This document shows, in pieces, positions 17,216 to 25,357 of a DNA stretch of 52,517 nt. The translations under genes were made by a program, and so were the position numbers. The stretch covers positions 1-52,517 of IMG/VR virus record IMGVR_UViG_3300036770_002345. One strand, given 5' to 3'. Every line of letters begins with the position of its first letter. Position 1 is the stretch's first letter. Source of the DNA: a virus. Lineage: Duplodnaviria > Caudoviricetes. The notes under the pieces are model-generated. The model did no database searches and was not told the origin of the DNA. It saw only the letters and a list, made by a program, of their open reading frames with translations.

Positions 17216-17470
17216 ATGAGTTTTAAATTTAGCCTTGGCCCTTGGAGGCCGTCATACGGCATGTTCGTTCATGCCGCGAACAACGAATGGGTCGCGCTAG
17301 TAAAGGGCGACGATGATGAGAAAAAAGAAGCCAACGCCCGTTTAATCGCCGCTGCGCCGTACATGCTGCTCTGCCTTCGCAATGTGATCGATTCGCATGG
17401 CGAAGTAGATCAGGATCTTTGGAATCGCATCCGCGAAGCCATTGCCAATGCAACGGGGGACGCATCATGA
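17216..17470 (+). CDS. early hypothetical protein
   Basis: GPW...ANARLIAAAP motif common in phage early genes. Confidence 0.75.
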   Translation: MSFKFSLGPWRPSYGMFVHAANNEWVALVKGDDDEKKEANARLIAAAPYMLLCLRNVIDSHGEVDQDLWNRIREAIANATGDAS

Positions 17471-17619
17471 GTGACTTTGAACAAATCGAACTCGCGTTCG
17501 ACATTCTGGAATCAGCGGAAGTCGTGGAAGTGTTCGACGATTTTCTGCTGATCAAAGTTCCCCGAGAAGAATGGAACCAACTCAACGCATGCCCCTACCA
17601 TGAGCGGGACTGTGCGTAG
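17467..17619 (+). CDS. 50-aa acidic early protein
   Basis: ATGA overlap; stop overlaps HHR3 stem II. Confidence 0.6.
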   Translation: MSDFEQIELAFDILESAEVVEVFDDFLLIKVPREEWNQLNACPYHERDCA

Positions 17620-17670
17620 GCCGAAACCCGCTCCGGCGGGTCTGGCGGTGATGCCGCCACTGATGAGGCC
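17619..17670 (+). ncRNA. type II hammerhead ribozyme HHR3 (predicted cleavage 3' of C17642)
   Basis: GGCC-GAAA-CCCGC(UCCG)GCGGG-UC-UGGCGG(UGAUG)CCGCCA-CUGAUGA-GGCC; loop I UGAUG complementary to the downstream CAUCA. Confidence 0.95.
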
Positions 17671-17695
17671 CATCAGCGTCTAAACAAAAAACTTG

Positions 17696-17725
17696 TTGAC
17701 ATGTTCACAGTGCAGCGTTTACACT
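17696..17725 (+). promoter_or_regulatory. sigma70 early promoter P2
   Basis: TTGACA-18 nt-TACACT in ACTTGTTGACA context with an A-tract upstream. Confidence 0.7.
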
Positions 17726-17773
17726 GCGAAACATTCGAACAGCGCACCAACAAAACAGCAGGAGTTTTCACCC

Positions 17774-18379
17774 ATGTTCACTGAAAGAGAAACTTGGCTA
17801 GCCGCCGCCGCCGTCGCACTTCAGCACGAAGTGTTCACCGCCGCCCATATCGATCCCGCGCAATGGCAACAACGCAAGTATCGTGTCGCTTGCGGGTTCC
17901 CCATTGGCTACCGTGGGAGCCGCTCCGGCAAAATCACCCTCGGTCAGGCATTCGATCCGTCCATTTCGGCGGACGGAACCTTCGAGGTGTTCATCAACCC
18001 CATCCTCGACAAGCCGCTCGACGTCATCGCGGTACTCGCCCATGAGTTTGGGCATGTGCATGCGGGGATCGAGTGCGGTCACCGTGGCGAATTCGCCCGA
18101 GTGTCCCGTGCCATTGGCCTCGAAGGCCCGTTGACTTCCACGGTTCCGAGTGACGCCCTGCGCGTCAAGTTGCAGGGGATCGTGGATGTGTTGGGGGCCT
18201 ACCCGCATGCCAAAGTCGATCCGAATGCCCGCAAGAAACAGGGGACTCGGCTGCTCAAGTTGCAGTGCAGTTCCTGCGGGTGGACGGCTCGGGTCTCGGC
18301 CTTGCAGGGCAATCGTTTACACGCTGCGTCTGCATGCCCCGTGTGCAACAGCATCAACTCACTCATCGTGGAGGGCTGA
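17774..18379 (+). CDS. SprT-like zinc metalloprotease with C-terminal Zn ribbon
   Basis: LAHEFGH...GH.GEF; CSSC...CPVC; CAGGAG RBS. Confidence 0.8.
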   Translation: MFTERETWLAAAAVALQHEVFTAAHIDPAQWQQRKYRVACGFPIGYRGSRSGKITLGQAFDPSISADGTFEVFINPILDKPLDVIAVLAHEFGHVHAGIECGHRGEFARVSRAIGLEGPLTSTVPSDALRVKLQGIVDVLGAYPHAKVDPNARKKQGTRLLKLQCSSCGWTARVSALQGNRLHAASACPVCNSINSLIVEG

Positions 18380-18381
18380 TC

Positions 18382-19383
18382 ATGTCCAAGCGTACTTTCT
18401 CGCTGCCGCTGTCTGACAGCGACCGTGCCTACCTGAAAATGCACTCGGTGCGACAGGGCAAGTCGCCGAATGCTTCGGACGATGTGCTTCTCGCGGTCTG
18501 GAACGGGGTTGATCCCGCCCCCGTCCGTGCGGAACTGGATGCCGAGACCATCGAGTCGATTCGCCGTGACGCTGTCGCAGCAGCCGTTGCGGCAGTCGAA
18601 CAGCACCGCCCCGTTCGCATCGAACTCAAGCAGGGTGCGGAGATTCGTACCCTGCCTGAGGGTCACCGTCACCCCGTGTTCGCGGACGTCTTAGCGGCCC
18701 TCTCCGTGCGTGAGAATGTGTATTTGGTTGGCCCCGCAGGGTCAGGCAAAACCACCATCGCGTCGCAGTCTGCTCACGCTCTGGATATCCCGTTTTACTC
18801 GACGGGTGCAGTGGGCATGCCGTACCAGTTGCTCGGGTTCCTGAACGCCGAAGGGCGGTACATGGAGACCGACTTGTATCGGGCCTATGTGAACGGTGGC
18901 GTGTTCCTGTTCGATGAAATCGATGCGTCATCCGCGCAGGCACTGCTCGCATTCAATGCGATTGCCGCCAATGACCTTGCCGCCTTTCCTATCGGGACGG
19001 TTAAACGGCATCCGGACTTTGTGATCATCGCCGCCGCGAATACATGGGGATCGGGTGCGACTGCCGAGTATGTGGGCCGCGCCCAACTCGACGCCGCTAC
19101 GCTTGATCGATTCGCGTTCATCAGCATGGACTATGACGAGCGTCTGGAACTTGCGATTGCAAGTAATGACGAGTGGACGCGCCATGTCCAAGCGTTCCGC
19201 CGCATCACCCGCGAGTTGAAAATTCGCTGCGTCGTGTCGCCCCGTGCGTCGATCAAGGGCGGCAAGTTACTCAGCGCGGGTCTCAAGTGGAATCGCGTCG
19301 AGGAAATGCTTTTGATTCGCGGACTGTCGGCCAATGAAGTCGAACAAATTCGCTATCAATTACCCGCGAGGAAAGTCGCATGA
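18382..19383 (+). CDS. MoxR/CbbQ-type AAA+ ATPase
   Basis: GPAGSGKT, FLFDEID, HPDF..IAAANT.G.G...YVGR.QLDAATLDRF, SPR. Confidence 0.88.
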   Translation: MSKRTFSLPLSDSDRAYLKMHSVRQGKSPNASDDVLLAVWNGVDPAPVRAELDAETIESIRRDAVAAAVAAVEQHRPVRIELKQGAEIRTLPEGHRHPVFADVLAALSVRENVYLVGPAGSGKTTIASQSAHALDIPFYSTGAVGMPYQLLGFLNAEGRYMETDLYRAYVNGGVFLFDEIDASSAQALLAFNAIAANDLAAFPIGTVKRHPDFVIIAAANTWGSGATAEYVGRAQLDAATLDRFAFISMDYDERLELAIASNDEWTRHVQAFRRITRELKIRCVVSPRASIKGGKLLSAGLKWNRVEEMLLIRGLSANEVEQIRYQLPARKVA

Positions 19384-20159
19384 TTTACCGCTACAACGCA
19401 GACTCATGGGATGAATTCATCCGCGACCTACGCACCCGCAAAATCAACTGGTGCGATGACGGCTCCGAAGGACGGGGTAGCCGCAGTTGGTATGGGTGTC
19501 GGTCATGGGAAGAGGCCCTCGACTATGCAGCGAAGGGTCACCCCTCTGCCCGTGCCGCAGTCGATTCGGTCACCGTTAAGGTAACGTCCGCACCGGAACC
19601 GCTCTGGGATGTCGCCCCTGTCGGCGCGTTCCCGTGCATCCCTGCCTATGCCGCAGGGGTTCCCGAGGACATGTTCGTGCAGTCCGAGGATGCACCGCCG
19701 ACTTCGACACCGATTGTCAAAATCGCAGTCAACATGGCTGCGAGTGCGGGCATCGATGCGGATCACATTGTCAATCGCGGTGCTGCGATTGTGACATTGA
19801 TCGACCGCATCCAATCGACAGGGCGGCGGGTGGAGTTGATCGCGTTCCAACACTGCTACAGCGGTGACAACAAATACATTTGGAGCGTGACGGTTAAACG
19901 CCCTGAGGAACCGGTCAACATCGACCGTATCGGTCTCGCATTCGCGACGCCGATCATGCTCCGCCGGTTCTTCTTTCGGGTCATGGAATTCATGACACCG
20001 CGAGTCGTATATGGGTATGGAAAACCTACGCACTTCGAGGATGAGTGCAACGGGTTCCACCTAACGATCCCGAACATCAGGGGCAGCGACTACTGCACCC
20101 CTGATGCCGCGAATCGTACCGTGCAGGGTCTCTGGGAGAGGGCGGCACTCGCCGCCTGA
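19380..20159 (+). CDS. putative VWA-like partner of the MoxR ATPase
   Basis: ATGA-coupled to the ATPase; G.P..M followed by an alpha/beta core; MIDAS degenerate. Confidence 0.55.
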   Translation: MIYRYNADSWDEFIRDLRTRKINWCDDGSEGRGSRSWYGCRSWEEALDYAAKGHPSARAAVDSVTVKVTSAPEPLWDVAPVGAFPCIPAYAAGVPEDMFVQSEDAPPTSTPIVKIAVNMAASAGIDADHIVNRGAAIVTLIDRIQSTGRRVELIAFQHCYSGDNKYIWSVTVKRPEEPVNIDRIGLAFATPIMLRRFFFRVMEFMTPRVVYGYGKPTHFEDECNGFHLTIPNIRGSDYCTPDAANRTVQGLWERAALAA

Positions 20160-20179
20160 TCCCCCCCACAAAATACTTG

Positions 20180-20209
20180 TTGACAACAGAACAACGACAC
20201 AACTAAACT
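20180..20209 (+). promoter_or_regulatory. sigma70 early promoter P3
   Basis: TTGACA-18 nt-TAAACT; same ACTTGTTGACA context and CACCAAC...CAGCAGGAG leader as P2. Confidence 0.7.
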
Positions 20210-20236
20210 TTGAAACACCAACAGCAGGAGAGCGAC

Positions 20237-20446
20237 ATGAGCAGCAGGATTCCAGTTCTTTTAACGCAGCAACAAATCGATTACATCATGGCCTATGCCA
20301 CTCGCATGGAACTCCATGCGATTGATGCTGATCGTCCGGTGTCACAGCAGTTCTACGTCGATCTTTTTCAGGCGTTGTTCGACGCGAAACAAGACGCCGA
20401 CAATGAACGTCAAGCCGAACTGAATTACGAAAGGGGTGCAGCATGA
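20237..20446 (+). CDS. early hypothetical protein
   Basis: CAGGAG RBS; 69 aa. Confidence 0.65.
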   Translation: MSSRIPVLLTQQQIDYIMAYATRMELHAIDADRPVSQQFYVDLFQALFDAKQDADNERQAELNYERGAA

Positions 20447-20649
20447 AGCGTTTCGCAGTGCATAACACAGGCGACTATGTCCGCGATAACTACGGGGTCA
20501 AGCGTGAGCCTGCAAAGGTTGAAGAGTTCGACAGCCTTGAGGACATGCCGCCCTTCGCCCGCAAGCAGTTCGAGTGGATGCTTGAGCAGGGTGAAATCGT
20601 GATCTCGATGGGCAGCACGGTCTATCAAATTCGGAAGGTGCAATCATGA
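20443..20649 (+). CDS. early hypothetical protein
   Basis: ATGA-coupled 68-aa ORF. Confidence 0.65.
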   Translation: MKRFAVHNTGDYVRDNYGVKREPAKVEEFDSLEDMPPFARKQFEWMLEQGEIVISMGSTVYQIRKVQS

Positions 20650-20855
20650 GCATTCAACAAAAACTCGAAGCGGTTTCGCCCGCTGCCAAATATGCGTACC
20701 ACATTGGCGTGAACCGTGCGGGGCGTGACAACGCATTGAGCCGCGCCAGAATCGAGACGGACGCATGGCGAAAGCATTGGATACACATTGCCCGTGCATA
20801 CCATTTAAACATGATGGGGTGGATCGCCATCCTGAACATAGGGGAACAGCAATGA
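20646..20855 (+). CDS. early hypothetical protein
   Basis: ATGA-coupled 69-aa ORF. Confidence 0.6.
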   Translation: MSIQQKLEAVSPAAKYAYHIGVNRAGRDNALSRARIETDAWRKHWIHIARAYHLNMMGWIAILNIGEQQ

Positions 20856-20986
20856 CCAGAGCAGACAAAATTGGTGGGGCCATTCGACTCGGGTTGATTG
20901 CCCTGATTTATATCCTCGCAGGATTCATTGAGCCTTGCGACAACGAACCCAACTGCCATGCTCCAAAGGAGTTTAAACATGAGTGA
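20852..20986 (+). CDS. small membrane protein
   Basis: ATGA-coupled; hydrophobic stretch LGLIALIYILAGFI. Confidence 0.55.
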   Translation: MTRADKIGGAIRLGLIALIYILAGFIEPCDNEPNCHAPKEFKHE

Positions 20987-21170
20987 TCCTTATGCCGCCA
21001 TGCTCGATGCCGAGTACCGCGAACTCAAGGCACAGCTACATCGCCATGCGGCGAAGTTCGAAGCCTTGCAGGCACAGTACCTGCGCGAGTCCAATCAGCT
21101 ATCGGATGCACTCACAAAAAAATGGATTGAGTTACAACAACACCGACAGGAGATGTCCCGTGGACAATAA
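20979..21170 (+). CDS. coiled-coil hypothetical protein
   Basis: AAGGAG RBS; 63 aa helical. Confidence 0.6.
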   Translation: MSDPYAAMLDAEYRELKAQLHRHAAKFEALQAQYLRESNQLSDALTKKWIELQQHRQEMSRGQ

Positions 21171-21324
21171 TCAAATTGTTTTTCTGCTACAAAAGATCCT
21201 GCTTGGGCAGGCGAAGATCGAAGAACGGATCAAGGTAATCGAACAGGCACTGGCGTCAGACCCATGGACGCAGGGCCGTGGCGAGGGCGAGTACGAAGAG
21301 TTCGAAAACGAAATCCCTTTTTGA
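21160..21324 (+). CDS. small protein ending in an SSB-like acidic tail
   Basis: CAGGAG RBS, GTG start; ends EEFENEIPF. Confidence 0.6.
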   Translation: MDNNQIVFLLQKILLGQAKIEERIKVIEQALASDPWTQGRGEGEYEEFENEIPF

Positions 21325-21334
21325 GGTGACCACT

Positions 21335-21664
21335 ATGAACGAAGAACGCATGTTTGTTGATCCCGAGACCGGTGACATGCATCCGGAGTCCTACTATCGG
21401 ATGGAGAACATCGACCTCGATACCCTGCTAGAGGCTGTCGAAATGGACGGTGATCTAGCGTTCGAAATCAAGGTGCAAAACCTTGAACGCATGAACATCA
21501 AGCACCCTGTGGTGTTCGCTATCTTTGCAGACTTCTGCCAATCTATGCGGGAAGCTGCCGAGCAGGCCGAGAGCGACGATGATCGAGAGACCTTTGAGAA
21601 TGTCGCTGCGTACACGGCGCGGGTGATGCTTCAAAAGTTGGGCAAGAAGGTGACCCAACATTGA
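21335..21664 (+). CDS. acidic hypothetical protein
   Basis: GAGGTG RBS; 109 aa. Confidence 0.65.
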   Translation: MNEERMFVDPETGDMHPESYYRMENIDLDTLLEAVEMDGDLAFEIKVQNLERMNIKHPVVFAIFADFCQSMREAAEQAESDDDRETFENVAAYTARVMLQKLGKKVTQH

Positions 21665-21855
21665 TTGAGTTCAAAGATGCGGAGGGGAACACTCTGGTCT
21701 GGGTGTTCCCTTCCGAAGGACGGTTCTGGAAAGACCGGTGGATCGCCTTCACTAATTCAGGCGAATTTATTTATCACAAAGGATCTAAAGACTCTGCTTA
21801 TAATTGGGCGAGAGAGTATGTGAGTCAGGTAAACAAAGAGGAGACGAGAGCATGA
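21661..21855 (+). CDS. hypothetical protein
   Basis: TTG start overlapping the upstream stop. Confidence 0.55.
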   Translation: MIEFKDAEGNTLVWVFPSEGRFWKDRWIAFTNSGEFIYHKGSKDSAYNWAREYVSQVNKEETRA

Positions 21856-22040
21856 AAAAATTGATTGTGTTGATGGCTGTGTTGGCGAGCGCGTCAGCGT
21901 TTGCTCAGAACAGAACGGCGTTCTTCAAGTACGAGCGGGTAACCGGTTCGACCAAGCAGTGTTACTACGACTATTTGGGTAGCGAGTATGTCCGCACCAT
22001 GCGGTCTATCGATCTCTGCCCCTTGACGATTCGCGTTTAA
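21852..22040 (+). CDS. small secreted protein
   Basis: signal peptide MKKLIVLMAVLASASAFA; two Cys in the mature part. Confidence 0.7.
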   Translation: MKKLIVLMAVLASASAFAQNRTAFFKYERVTGSTKQCYYDYLGSEYVRTMRSIDLCPLTIRV

Positions 22041-22054
22041 ACTCCTTCAGTGGG

Positions 22055-22090
22055 AACCCCGATACCTGTCATGGGTGTCGGGGTTTTTTT
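22055..22090 (+). terminator. Rho-independent terminator of the early operon
   Basis: AACCCCGAUACC...GGUGUCGGGGUU hairpin followed by a U-run. Confidence 0.85.
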
Positions 22091-22571
22091 ATTTCAGGAC
22101 TCTATCAATCGGTAACAGTTCGTTTTGTGTGGCGGCATAGCCTTCGCCATGACCCAAGTTAATCAGCCGACTTGGCTGAATGAGTTCCGTCGAACTCATG
22201 AATCCCGCACAACGATATGTCGGGAACTCCCCCACCATCAGCACAAAGAGATCGACCTTCGTCACATCCTTCCACCGCACCGAGAGCAATCGCCCTGAGG
22301 CGTAGGTGGTGGACTTCACATCGACCGCCCTGCCATCTCGAAGATAGCAATCGGCAGCGTTGGTGTGATCGAGATCTAAATCAGGGTAGATGTTCGCGAG
22401 TTTACAAAAGGCAATCTCTGAGGCGATCCCCTCAAGGTCAGTGAGTTCGTTCGACTGATCCCCCATCTTCGCATTGAAGAGTCCCTTCGCCCTCGCGTTC
22501 TGGTATCGGCGAGTGGCTAGGAACTTAGCAAGCCTTTGCTCTGCTTCACTCAGCACAATGAACTGGCTCAC
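22089..22571 (-). CDS. PD-(D/E)xK-like nuclease-fold protein
   Basis: G..SE.AF...D.......VDVKST motif. Confidence 0.6.
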   Translation of the reverse strand: MSQFIVLSEAEQRLAKFLATRRYQNARAKGLFNAKMGDQSNELTDLEGIASEIAFCKLANIYPDLDLDHTNAADCYLRDGRAVDVKSTTYASGRLLSVRWKDVTKVDLFVLMVGEFPTYRCAGFMSSTELIQPSRLINLGHGEGYAATQNELLPIDRVLK

Positions 22572-24253
22572 AGGTTCCCCCAGTCGTAGTCCTGTGTCGG
22601 ATCAGGCTTGTCGGAGTATCGACCTGTCGGCAGGTCATAGTTCAGTTGGACTTCACCCACCGCCCCGACCCATTTAAACCGGCTCTTCCAGACATGCACT
22701 TCGGTTTCGTTTCGATTGCGATGGACGGTCACCCCGCAGTCTGCTTTCGCGAACCATGCTGCCGACCCGCTGATGTGCTGACCCTTCGGAACCCCACTGT
22801 CAGGGAGTTGCTTAGCAGGGTGTGCCACAAACCATGCATGGATTTCATGCGACTTACAGAAGAGGACGATGTCGGTCAGCATCTTGCTGATCGCTTGATG
22901 CTCGGAGTCACCGGCCATGTCGAGGTAGTTGTAGGGATCGATGATGAGTCCTCGAACGCCCATCCTCATGACCGCCTGTTTCGTTCTGTCGATGATCGAT
23001 TGCACTGTCGCAGGCGCACCGTCATGCGATTGCAGGAACACGAAGTGCTGATTCAGGAATGCGAGAGCGTAGTCACGCTCGTCCGTAGTCATCCGATCCT
23101 CACCGAAGAACGGTTTACCAATCACCTTCTCGGCGAGCTTGGCAATGTGCATGCTCGGTGGATTCTCGAAGGACGCCACCGCAAACCGCCATCCTTTTTG
23201 GACGGCAATGTTGACGCAGATCTGATCGATCAACTCGGACTTACCCGAGCCGGGCAATCCGGTCACCACCGATAGCTGTCCGGGGAGGATGGTGTACAGT
23301 TTGTCGAGGGTATGGAGTCCGGTACTTGCACCCTTGATGACACCGCTCTCGTAGAGAGAGACGATCTGAGCCTCGAAGTCCTCAGGGAGATAGACGCCTT
23401 CGAGTGGGAGGGGTTTAGCGGCTCCTAGAGCTTCTCGTAAAGCCTCAGCACCATGTTTAGACAGGGTCTCGTTGGCATCCTTCTCGGGTAGAGTCACCGT
23501 CCAACACTTGGCTCGGCCAATACGTCTTGCGAGTTCCTCGACCAGAGCTTGGCCGGGTTCATCATCATCCGGAAAAAACACTACCCGTTCCACCGAGTCG
23601 ATGAGTTCCCGTGCCTCCCACACATAGCTGAATCTGCCGTCCTGTTGGGGATCAACCTTGCCATCGCTGATCTTGGCAGGCGCACCATTCGGAACCGACA
23701 CCGCAGGAATACCGGCGGATGCGAGGGCGAGGACATCCATTTCCCCTTCGCAGATGACGAGTTCCGTCAGCCCCTTGGGCAGTTGGTTTAAACCAAAAAA
23801 GGATCGGGCGGAACCCTGCTGGGTGAATTCTTTTTCGCCTGTGCTACGCCATTTGATCGCCTCGGGATGCTTTGGGTCTCCGTACACAAAGCCGATAGCG
23901 GGTGTCTTCCCTGCCCCTGCAAAGTACTTCTCGGAACCGACAAGGGGAAACTGAGTCGCAATCTCAGGGTTGATTCCCCTTCGTGTGAGGAACTCTGTGA
24001 CGATGTCAGGGACATGCTCGGTGGGAGGATCGACAGGCTTGGGTTGTTTCTTGATCTGTTGGACTTGATGCATCACCTTGTTTCTCCTGATGGCCCCGCT
24101 CGCCCCGCAATGAAAGCACTGGTACACGAATCGATCTGATTCGACTGTGACCCCCATGGATTTCTCATGGGATTTCTTGCGGGATTCTGAGCAGAGAGGG
24201 CATGTGATTCGACCGGTCTCAAGTTGACTGGTAATGATTTCTTCTGGGGTCAT
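22568..24253 (-). CDS. primase-helicase (Zn finger + TOPRIM + SF4 helicase; Twinkle/T7 gp4-like)
   Basis: CPLC...CFHC; ICEGEMD, D.D.PG, KDANE; GLPGSGKS, IIDPYN, VAHP.K, ISGSA.W..KAD. Confidence 0.93.
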   Translation of the reverse strand: MTPEEIITSQLETGRITCPLCSESRKKSHEKSMGVTVESDRFVYQCFHCGASGAIRRNKVMHQVQQIKKQPKPVDPPTEHVPDIVTEFLTRRGINPEIATQFPLVGSEKYFAGAGKTPAIGFVYGDPKHPEAIKWRSTGEKEFTQQGSARSFFGLNQLPKGLTELVICEGEMDVLALASAGIPAVSVPNGAPAKISDGKVDPQQDGRFSYVWEARELIDSVERVVFFPDDDEPGQALVEELARRIGRAKCWTVTLPEKDANETLSKHGAEALREALGAAKPLPLEGVYLPEDFEAQIVSLYESGVIKGASTGLHTLDKLYTILPGQLSVVTGLPGSGKSELIDQICVNIAVQKGWRFAVASFENPPSMHIAKLAEKVIGKPFFGEDRMTTDERDYALAFLNQHFVFLQSHDGAPATVQSIIDRTKQAVMRMGVRGLIIDPYNYLDMAGDSEHQAISKMLTDIVLFCKSHEIHAWFVAHPAKQLPDSGVPKGQHISGSAAWFAKADCGVTVHRNRNETEVHVWKSRFKWVGAVGEVQLNYDLPTGRYSDKPDPTQDYDWGNL

Positions 24254-24595
24254 TTCATTTCCTGTTTAAATAGTTCGCCCCTTTTCCGGGTGGCCGGGGC
24301 CAGTCCGTACTCAGTGCGCCACGCATTTCAGCGTGACTCTGGAACTGCTTTCATGGGAACTCCAAGAGTTCATGCACTACTCACACAAGTCCAGACCGGT
24401 TTGGCCGTATTGCCACCCACCATGTTGTCAGGGGCAGACAGAGCATGGATTTAACTTGGCACTTTGGGGCGGGCAGGATGTTCCCCCTGCGCTCACTTGC
24501 GGCTCGCCTGACCGGCAAGTTCCGAAGACACGGGGGTGGGGTTGTGTACCCGAGGGAATCCAGATAGGATCCTTCCCGTGTCTCTTTGACTTGCA
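24254..24595 (-). ncRNA. candidate structured non-coding leader or origin upstream of primase-helicase
   Basis: about 340 nt with nested stems (GCAAGU/ACUUGC, AGACACGGG/CCCGUGUCU, GCAGG/CCUGC, AACUC/GAGUU) and no convincing ORF. Confidence 0.4.
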
Positions 24596-24601
24596 CCTCA
24601 G

Positions 24602-24631
24602 AGACTACCGTCCCCCAATCCTGACGGTCAA
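24602..24631 (-). promoter_or_regulatory. possible sigma70 promoter for the primase leader
   Basis: TTGACC-18 nt-TAGTCT. Confidence 0.45.
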
Positions 24632-25071
24632 GCCCCAGTTGAGAAATCTTCTGGGGCTTTTTTATTCCAGTACTGATTCCATGCATCACTCGTTCTCGTA
24701 ATCACAATTTCTGAGCGGGGATTCGCTTTGTCGAGGGCATGGTAGACATGCTTCTCTTTCACCTGTCTGTCGTTCTCGTAGATCAATCCCTGCATGGCAT
24801 CGAGTATCACCGACTCATCGAGATCAGGTCTGCGTGAGGCATAGAAGATCCGTAGATGTACGGCAAGATCCCCCGATAACAAAGGATCTAATTTGGGACA
24901 TTGCCATTGGAAATCTTTGACGTACGAACGAGCCTTAGCAGATTTTATAAAAGCTGGCCTGCCGTTTAAATGGACTAGCTTCCTGCTGTTCGCTTTGCTC
25001 GCTGGTTCGCCGCAGACAATAAACGAAACAATCGGTAAGTTGGTTGACATGTTATCTGTTAATATGTTCAC
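24628..25071 (-). CDS. rusA: RusA-like Holliday junction resolvase
   Basis: GEP.SK.N...RRPDLD....LDAMQG.IY.ND.QV...D..NPR.EI. Confidence 0.85.
   Translation of the reverse strand: MNILTDNMSTNLPIVSFIVCGEPASKANSRKLVHLNGRPAFIKSAKARSYVKDFQWQCPKLDPLLSGDLAVHLRIFYASRRPDLDESVILDAMQGLIYENDRQVKEKHVYHALDKANPRSEIVITRTSDAWNQYWNKKAPEDFSTGA
24630..24664 (+). terminator. terminator-like hairpin with U-run on the plus strand
   Basis: AAGCCCCAG...CUGGGGCUUUUUU. Confidence 0.55.
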
Positions 25072-25100
25072 ATTACTTCCTGTTACAAATGGAGGAGCCT

Positions 25101-25346
25101 ATGAAGATTGATAGAAATGTTCCATTGCCTGATCGAATCGCAAAGCGATTTAAGATAGGGCCATTACCACTCGATGATATGAATGTAGGAGATTCTTTTC
25201 TCATAGAGATTGATGCAGATGATATCGAGTTGACTCGTATCCTGCACTCACTTCGTGTAAGACTGAATAGATACACCCAAAAGAACCCGAAGCACAAGTT
25301 CAGTTCGAGCAAAGATAAGAAAGGCTTGAGAGTCTGGCGCGTATAA
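25101..25346 (+). CDS. small putative DNA-binding protein
   Basis: GGAGGAG RBS; MKI...VP.P...P...M.VGDSF...LRVWR family pattern. Confidence 0.7.
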   Translation: MKIDRNVPLPDRIAKRFKIGPLPLDDMNVGDSFLIEIDADDIELTRILHSLRVRLNRYTQKNPKHKFSSSKDKKGLRVWRV

Positions 25347-25357
25347 CAGGAGACAAC

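Noticed and set aside
16418-17670. The three repeats as terminators or a CRISPR-like array
   Set aside because: No U-tracts and no regular spacers; the conserved positions are exactly the hammerhead core
16418-17670. Retrozyme or retroelement
   Set aside because: No long terminal repeats, target-site duplications or reverse transcriptase in the window; the intervening ORFs look like ordinary phage early genes
24381-24689. 102-aa ORF as a replication initiator
   Set aside because: No HTH or other motif, overlaps rusA and crosses dense hairpins; not fully excluded
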